From Polyangiales bacterium (lineage in GTDB: Bacteria > Myxococcota_A > Polyangia > Polyangiales > Ga0077539), in assembly GCA_044229975.1 (NCBI GenBank), contig JBGARZ010000010.1, positions 192,001 to 256,000 on the forward strand: a stretch of DNA of 64,000 bases, given 5' to 3'. Below the pieces are notes generated by a model, which saw only the letters and a list, made by a program, of their open reading frames with translations, did not search any database and was not told the DNA's origin. The position numbers and the translations under genes are program-made. Positions 59,982-64,000 of this stretch are shown here, piece after piece (positions within the stretch are counted from its first letter, which is position 1; each line of letters opens with the position of its first letter).

Positions 59982-61031
59982 ATGCGTCCGCTCCGCTCGC
60001 GCCATCGACGCCCGACGCGCGCCCGCGCCGCCCTCACCCTCGCGCCCGACTGGCAGGTCTGGATCGCCGACAACCTCCTCCGCCAGGCGCCCCGCGATGA
60101 GCTCACCGCCGCGCTCGCTGCGCAGGGCCTCACCCCCGCCGCCATCGCCGCCGCCATCGCCGCCGTCGAGTCGTCGCCCGCCTTCGTCGCCGCGCAGCGC
60201 CACGCCCGCCACCACCGCCGCGCCGAGCTCGTCGCCCACCTGCACCGCAGCCTCGCGGCCACCAGCACCGCACCCCGCGCCATCGAGCGCCGCGCCCACC
60301 TCACGCCCGCCGAGTTCTTCGAGCGCTACTACGCCACCAACAACCCGGTGGTGCTCACCGACGTCGTGACGGCGTGGCCCGCCTTCGGCCGCTGGACGCC
60401 CGCCTTCCTCAAAGAGCGCTTCGGCCACGTCGAGGTCATGGCCGCCGTCGGCCGCGACTCCGACCCCGACTACGACCTCCACACGCCGACCCTCAGCCAG
60501 CCCACGTCCCTCGGCGACTTCGTCGACCGCGTGCTCGCCGTCGGTGAATCCAACGACCTCTACCTCGTCGCCAACAACCGCAACTCCGACCGCGACGGAC
60601 TGCAACCGCTCTTCGACGACGTCACCTTCGCGCCCGGCTGGCTCGACGATGCCCGGCGCCGCGGCTCCACGGCCCTGTGGTTCGGCCCCGGCGGAACGGT
60701 CACCCCGCTCCACCACGACACCTCCAACATCCTCTTCGGCAACCTCTACGGAACCAAGCGCTTCACCCTCATCGCCCCGTGGGAGACCGCCCTCCTCGAC
60801 TGCACCCGCGGCGTCTACTCCCTCGTCGACCCCGAGCGCCCCGACCTCCAACGCTTCCCCCGCTACGCCGACGTCGTCACGCGCGAGGTCACGCTCCAGC
60901 CCGGCGAGATGCTCTTCCTCCCCGTCGGCTGGTGGCACCACGTCCGCGCCCTCTCGGTGAGCATCAACCTCGCGTTCACCAACCTCGCGCGACCCAACGC
61001 CTTCGACTGGTATCGCCCCGGCGAGCAGTGA
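59982..61031 (+). CDS. JmjC/cupin-8 Fe(II)/2-oxoglutarate oxygenase with a helical N-terminal extension
   Basis: PVVLTDVVTAWPA, LWFGPGGTVTPLHHD, LQPGEMLFLPVGWWHHV; starts 8 bp after the Pro-rich gene. Confidence 0.9.
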   Translation: MRPLRSRHRRPTRARAALTLAPDWQVWIADNLLRQAPRDELTAALAAQGLTPAAIAAAIAAVESSPAFVAAQRHARHHRRAELVAHLHRSLAATSTAPRAIERRAHLTPAEFFERYYATNNPVVLTDVVTAWPAFGRWTPAFLKERFGHVEVMAAVGRDSDPDYDLHTPTLSQPTSLGDFVDRVLAVGESNDLYLVANNRNSDRDGLQPLFDDVTFAPGWLDDARRRGSTALWFGPGGTVTPLHHDTSNILFGNLYGTKRFTLIAPWETALLDCTRGVYSLVDPERPDLQRFPRYADVVTREVTLQPGEMLFLPVGWWHHVRALSVSINLAFTNLARPNAFDWYRPGEQ

Positions 61032-61201
61032 CGGCGAACGGTCCTCCGACGCTGCTGAATGGTCGCGGGCCCGCGAACCCTTCACCGATACACGGCGGTC
61101 CGCAGCGGCGGTCAGGGAGGGCACTTCGCCGCACCACGATGGCGCTGTGCTTCGCGCGCCGACGGTGCATCCTCCGCGCTCACCAAGGACGGAGGTCTCC
61201 G

Positions 61202-62365
61202 ATGAAGCGATGCGTACGTGGGTCTGCCGTAGCCGTGGCGATGCTGGTCGCCGGGTGCGGCGCGCGCACGGGGCTCAACGTCCCCGACGTGACCTTCCCC
61301 GACGACGCGGCCTTCGACGTGAGCGACGTGACGGACGTCGCCGACGTGCGCGACGTGCTGCGGCCGCCCACCTGCGCAACCGGTCGCTTCACGCTCACGC
61401 AGCGCGGCGCCGACATGATGCTCGTGATCGATCGCTCGGGCTCCATGGGGCAGCGCCTCGGCAACCTGCGTGTGGGGCCGTCCAAGTGGGTGCTGCTCCG
61501 CGCCGCGCTCGCCACCACGCTGCCGATGTTTCAAGACCGCATCGGGACGGGCGCGCTCTTCTACCCGCAGGAGGGCGCCGAGAGCCGCGTGTCGACCTGC
61601 GCGCTGCCCAACATCCCGAGCGTCGACATCAGCCCCGCGGCCAACACGGCCTCGCGCGTGCTCGACGTGTTCGACACCGAGCCCGGCGGCAGCACCCCTA
61701 CTGCGGCGGCGCTGCTGCGCGCGTATACGTGGTTCGTGCGCAACCCCAACCGCGCCCGCGCCCGCTACCTCGTGCTGGCCACCGACGGCGGGCCCAACTG
61801 CAACGCCGACCTCGACCCCTCGCGCTGCGTCTGCGTCGGCGCCGGCGGCATCGGCGGCGGCCGGAGCTGCGCCCGCGACGCCGACGGCCTGCGCTGCCTC
61901 GACGACACGCGCACCGTGTCCAGCATCGCGCAGATGGTCGCCAACCCCGTGGCGTCGATTCCCACCTTCGTCATCGGGCTCGCCGACGAGACCGACCCCA
62001 CCTACGCCGCCACGCTCACCGCCATGGCCGTCGCGGGCGGTCGCCCCTTCCGCGACGCCACGGGGCGCGCCACCTACTACAACGTCGAGCGCGCCGAAGA
62101 CCTCACGCGGGCCTTTACGACCATTCAAGACACCGTGTCGCGCTGCGCCTTCGTGACCCCATCACGCCCCGGAGACACCGGGTCCATCGCGCTGAGCGCG
62201 GGCGGCGTGACGGTTCGTCCCGACCCGACGCGCGTCAACGGCTGGGACTGGACCGACCGCGCCTTCGGCGAGATCACCCTCTTCGGCGCGGCGTGCGAGC
62301 AGGTCATCGCGCAGCGCACGACCGAGGTGGTGGCCACGGTGGTCTGCGAGGCCGACGGTGGTTGA
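61202..62365 (+). CDS. vWA-domain lipoprotein (CglB-like)
   Basis: GGAGG RBS; lipobox LVAGC; LVIDRSGSM, GSTPT, LATDGGPNC, TFVIG. Confidence 0.85.
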   Translation: MKRCVRGSAVAVAMLVAGCGARTGLNVPDVTFPDDAAFDVSDVTDVADVRDVLRPPTCATGRFTLTQRGADMMLVIDRSGSMGQRLGNLRVGPSKWVLLRAALATTLPMFQDRIGTGALFYPQEGAESRVSTCALPNIPSVDISPAANTASRVLDVFDTEPGGSTPTAAALLRAYTWFVRNPNRARARYLVLATDGGPNCNADLDPSRCVCVGAGGIGGGRSCARDADGLRCLDDTRTVSSIAQMVANPVASIPTFVIGLADETDPTYAATLTAMAVAGGRPFRDATGRATYYNVERAEDLTRAFTTIQDTVSRCAFVTPSRPGDTGSIALSAGGVTVRPDPTRVNGWDWTDRAFGEITLFGAACEQVIAQRTTEVVATVVCEADGG

Positions 62366-62873
62366 TCGTCGCGCCTGGTGGTTCGCCGCGACGGTGGCGC
62401 TGCTGTCCATGGACTGCGCGCCGGGAGAGACCTGCGCGCCGGGTCAGTCGCGCTCGTGCTCGCGCACCATCGACGGTGGCGTCACGCAGTCGGGCTTCGA
62501 GTCGTGCGAGGCCAACGGCCGATGGAGCGCGTGCGTCTCCGTGGGCGGGTGTAGCTCCGCGGCGGGCGCGCTGCCCATCTACTCGCGCTGCGAGGAGACC
62601 GCGCAGTGCGGCCCCGAGGGGTGCGCGACGTGCACCAACTACGTGGGCGTCAACAACCCGGGCGGATACAGCGTGTGCTTCGTGTACTGCCAGAACGACG
62701 CTGACTGCGCGCCCACGACGGCGAGCAGCGGGGTGGCGCCGCGGTGCCTGCTGGGCCAGTGCGCGCTGCTGTGTCGCAACGGGTCGACGTGCCCACGCGA
62801 CTCGCAGTGCCTCGCGTGGGCCAACGACACGCTGGCCGCGGCGTATCCGGGCTACGACGGGCTCTGCGAGTAG
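62358..62873 (+). CDS. Small Cys-rich secreted protein
   Basis: Signal-like N-terminus; many Cys; overlaps the vWA stop. Confidence 0.65.
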   Translation: MVDRRAWWFAATVALLSMDCAPGETCAPGQSRSCSRTIDGGVTQSGFESCEANGRWSACVSVGGCSSAAGALPIYSRCEETAQCGPEGCATCTNYVGVNNPGGYSVCFVYCQNDADCAPTTASSGVAPRCLLGQCALLCRNGSTCPRDSQCLAWANDTLAAAYPGYDGLCE

Positions 62874-62875
62874 GC

Positions 62876-63778
62876 TCACGCGCCCGTTGCAGCGGGTGCC
62901 AGCACGCGCAGGCTGCCCGGCAGGCTTCGCACGACGATGGGGGCGTCGAGCGCGTCTTCGCCGTCGACCATCACGCGGCGGGGCTCTGTCGTCTCGATGC
63001 GAACCTCGCCGGTCTGGAAGTGTTCGATGTTGTCGCGGTCGGCGTCGCGGCGTAGGAGCGAGCTCGCGGCGAGGTGGGCTGCCGTCGCGACGGCGTCGAG
63101 CAGGCCGCGCGTGGCGACCACGGTGACGCTCAGGTGACCGTCGTCGGCCTCGATGGTGGCCGGGCCCTGGGCGAGCAGCGCGGTGGGGCGCGCGATGTTG
63201 GCCACCGTCACAGCGTTGGCCGTGGTGGTGATGCGCTGGCCGTCGGCCTCGATGGTGACCTCGAAGAGCTCGTTGCCGACCATGCGCTCGACGCCCTCCA
63301 ACACATAGGCGAGCAGCCCGAGCGCCTGCTTGCGCGCGGGGTCGACCTCGGTGATCGCCTCGGCGTGAACACCGAGCGTGGCCATGAGCAGCATCGGGCG
63401 GCCGTTGACCGTGGCGGTGTCGATGACCCGGAAGTGGCCCGCGGTGATGACCGCGCAGGCCGCGTCGACGTCGCGGGGAATGCCGAGGTGACCGGCGATG
63501 GAGTTGGCCGTCCCGCGCGGAAGGATGCCGAGCAGGGTGTCGGTCTTTCCGACGAGGGTGCCGCCGACGGCGGAGACGGTTCCGTCGCCGCCGGAGGCGA
63601 TGAGCAGCTTGGAGCCGGACGCGAGAGCACGGTGTGCGAGGGCGACGGGCGAGGCGTCGTCGGAGACCTCGAGCACTGCCAGATCGAACACGGCGGAGAG
63701 GAGTTCGCGCGCTCGCGCGAGGTCTTCGGCGCTCGCGCTGCCGCCGCCGGGACTATGGATCAAGGTCGCAAGGGCCAT
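62876..63778 (-). CDS. YegS/BmrU (diacylglycerol kinase family) lipid kinase
   Basis: ASGGDGTV, ILPRGTANS, ADDG.L, VMVDGE. Confidence 0.9.
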   Translation of the reverse strand: MALATLIHSPGGGSASAEDLARARELLSAVFDLAVLEVSDDASPVALAHRALASGSKLLIASGGDGTVSAVGGTLVGKTDTLLGILPRGTANSIAGHLGIPRDVDAACAVITAGHFRVIDTATVNGRPMLLMATLGVHAEAITEVDPARKQALGLLAYVLEGVERMVGNELFEVTIEADGQRITTTANAVTVANIARPTALLAQGPATIEADDGHLSVTVVATRGLLDAVATAAHLAASSLLRRDADRDNIEHFQTGEVRIETTEPRRVMVDGEDALDAPIVVRSLPGSLRVLAPAATGA

Positions 63779-63843
63779 GGGCGCATCGTCGCACGCCGAC
63801 GTGCCCGCGCGTCGCGCCATCCCGCGGTGTACCGTCCTCCTCC

Positions 63844-64000
63844 ATGGAACGCCCGAACACCCTCGTCGGCCTCTCCCTGGAACTCCTCCGTCGCCGCGGC
63901 TCCCTCCGCGCGGTGCGCCCGCTGCTCGTCGCGCTCGCGGCCCTCTCGGGCGTCGCGCTCGTCGCCCGCGCGCACCACCGCCCCGTCGCTCCGCCGCCCG
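63844..64000 (+). CDS. 5' end of a hypothetical protein (runs off the window)
   Basis: ATG at 63844; open frame with a hydrophobic segment up to the window end. Confidence 0.45.
   Translation, partial: MERPNTLVGLSLELLRRRGSLRAVRPLLVALAALSGVALVARAHHRPVAPPP

Overview
Very GC-rich bacterial DNA. The gene content (Cys-rich and Gly-rich lipoproteins, an AgmX/PglI-type TonB-like protein, a Cys/His-rich PAAR, CHRD and ASPIC/UnbV proteins) suggests a myxobacterium (Polyangiales-like); this assignment is inference. Left to right: (1) a vgrG-PAAR-effector cassette whose effector has an L,D-transpeptidase-like His...SxGC motif; (2) a 2.2-kb DDE insertion sequence (26-bp TIRs, CCTA target duplication, probable -1 frameshift) inserted into one arm of a ~245-bp REP-doublet-like palindrome; (3) a ~15-kb lipid/oxygenase region with UbiA, two radical SAM proteins, a DegT aminotransferase, a desaturase, two JmjC oxygenases and, most notably, a convergent lipoxygenase plus CYP74-clan P450 pair that looks like a plant-type oxylipin pathway; (4) a sigma54 regulator, lipoproteins, yeaH/DUF444, an intein-containing spoVR and a UDG; (5) VIT-vWA, LRR and STAND ATPase genes, then a lower-GC patch of small immunity-like genes; (6) hydrolases, an MFS transporter, tRNA-Ala(GGC), a subtilase, TrmH, Uma2, a PPMPPP-repeat lipoprotein next to a third JmjC oxygenase, a vWA lipoprotein and a lipid kinase. 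Most long ORFs in the supplied track are GC-driven shadow frames. All functional calls come from motif recognition by eye; no searches were run.
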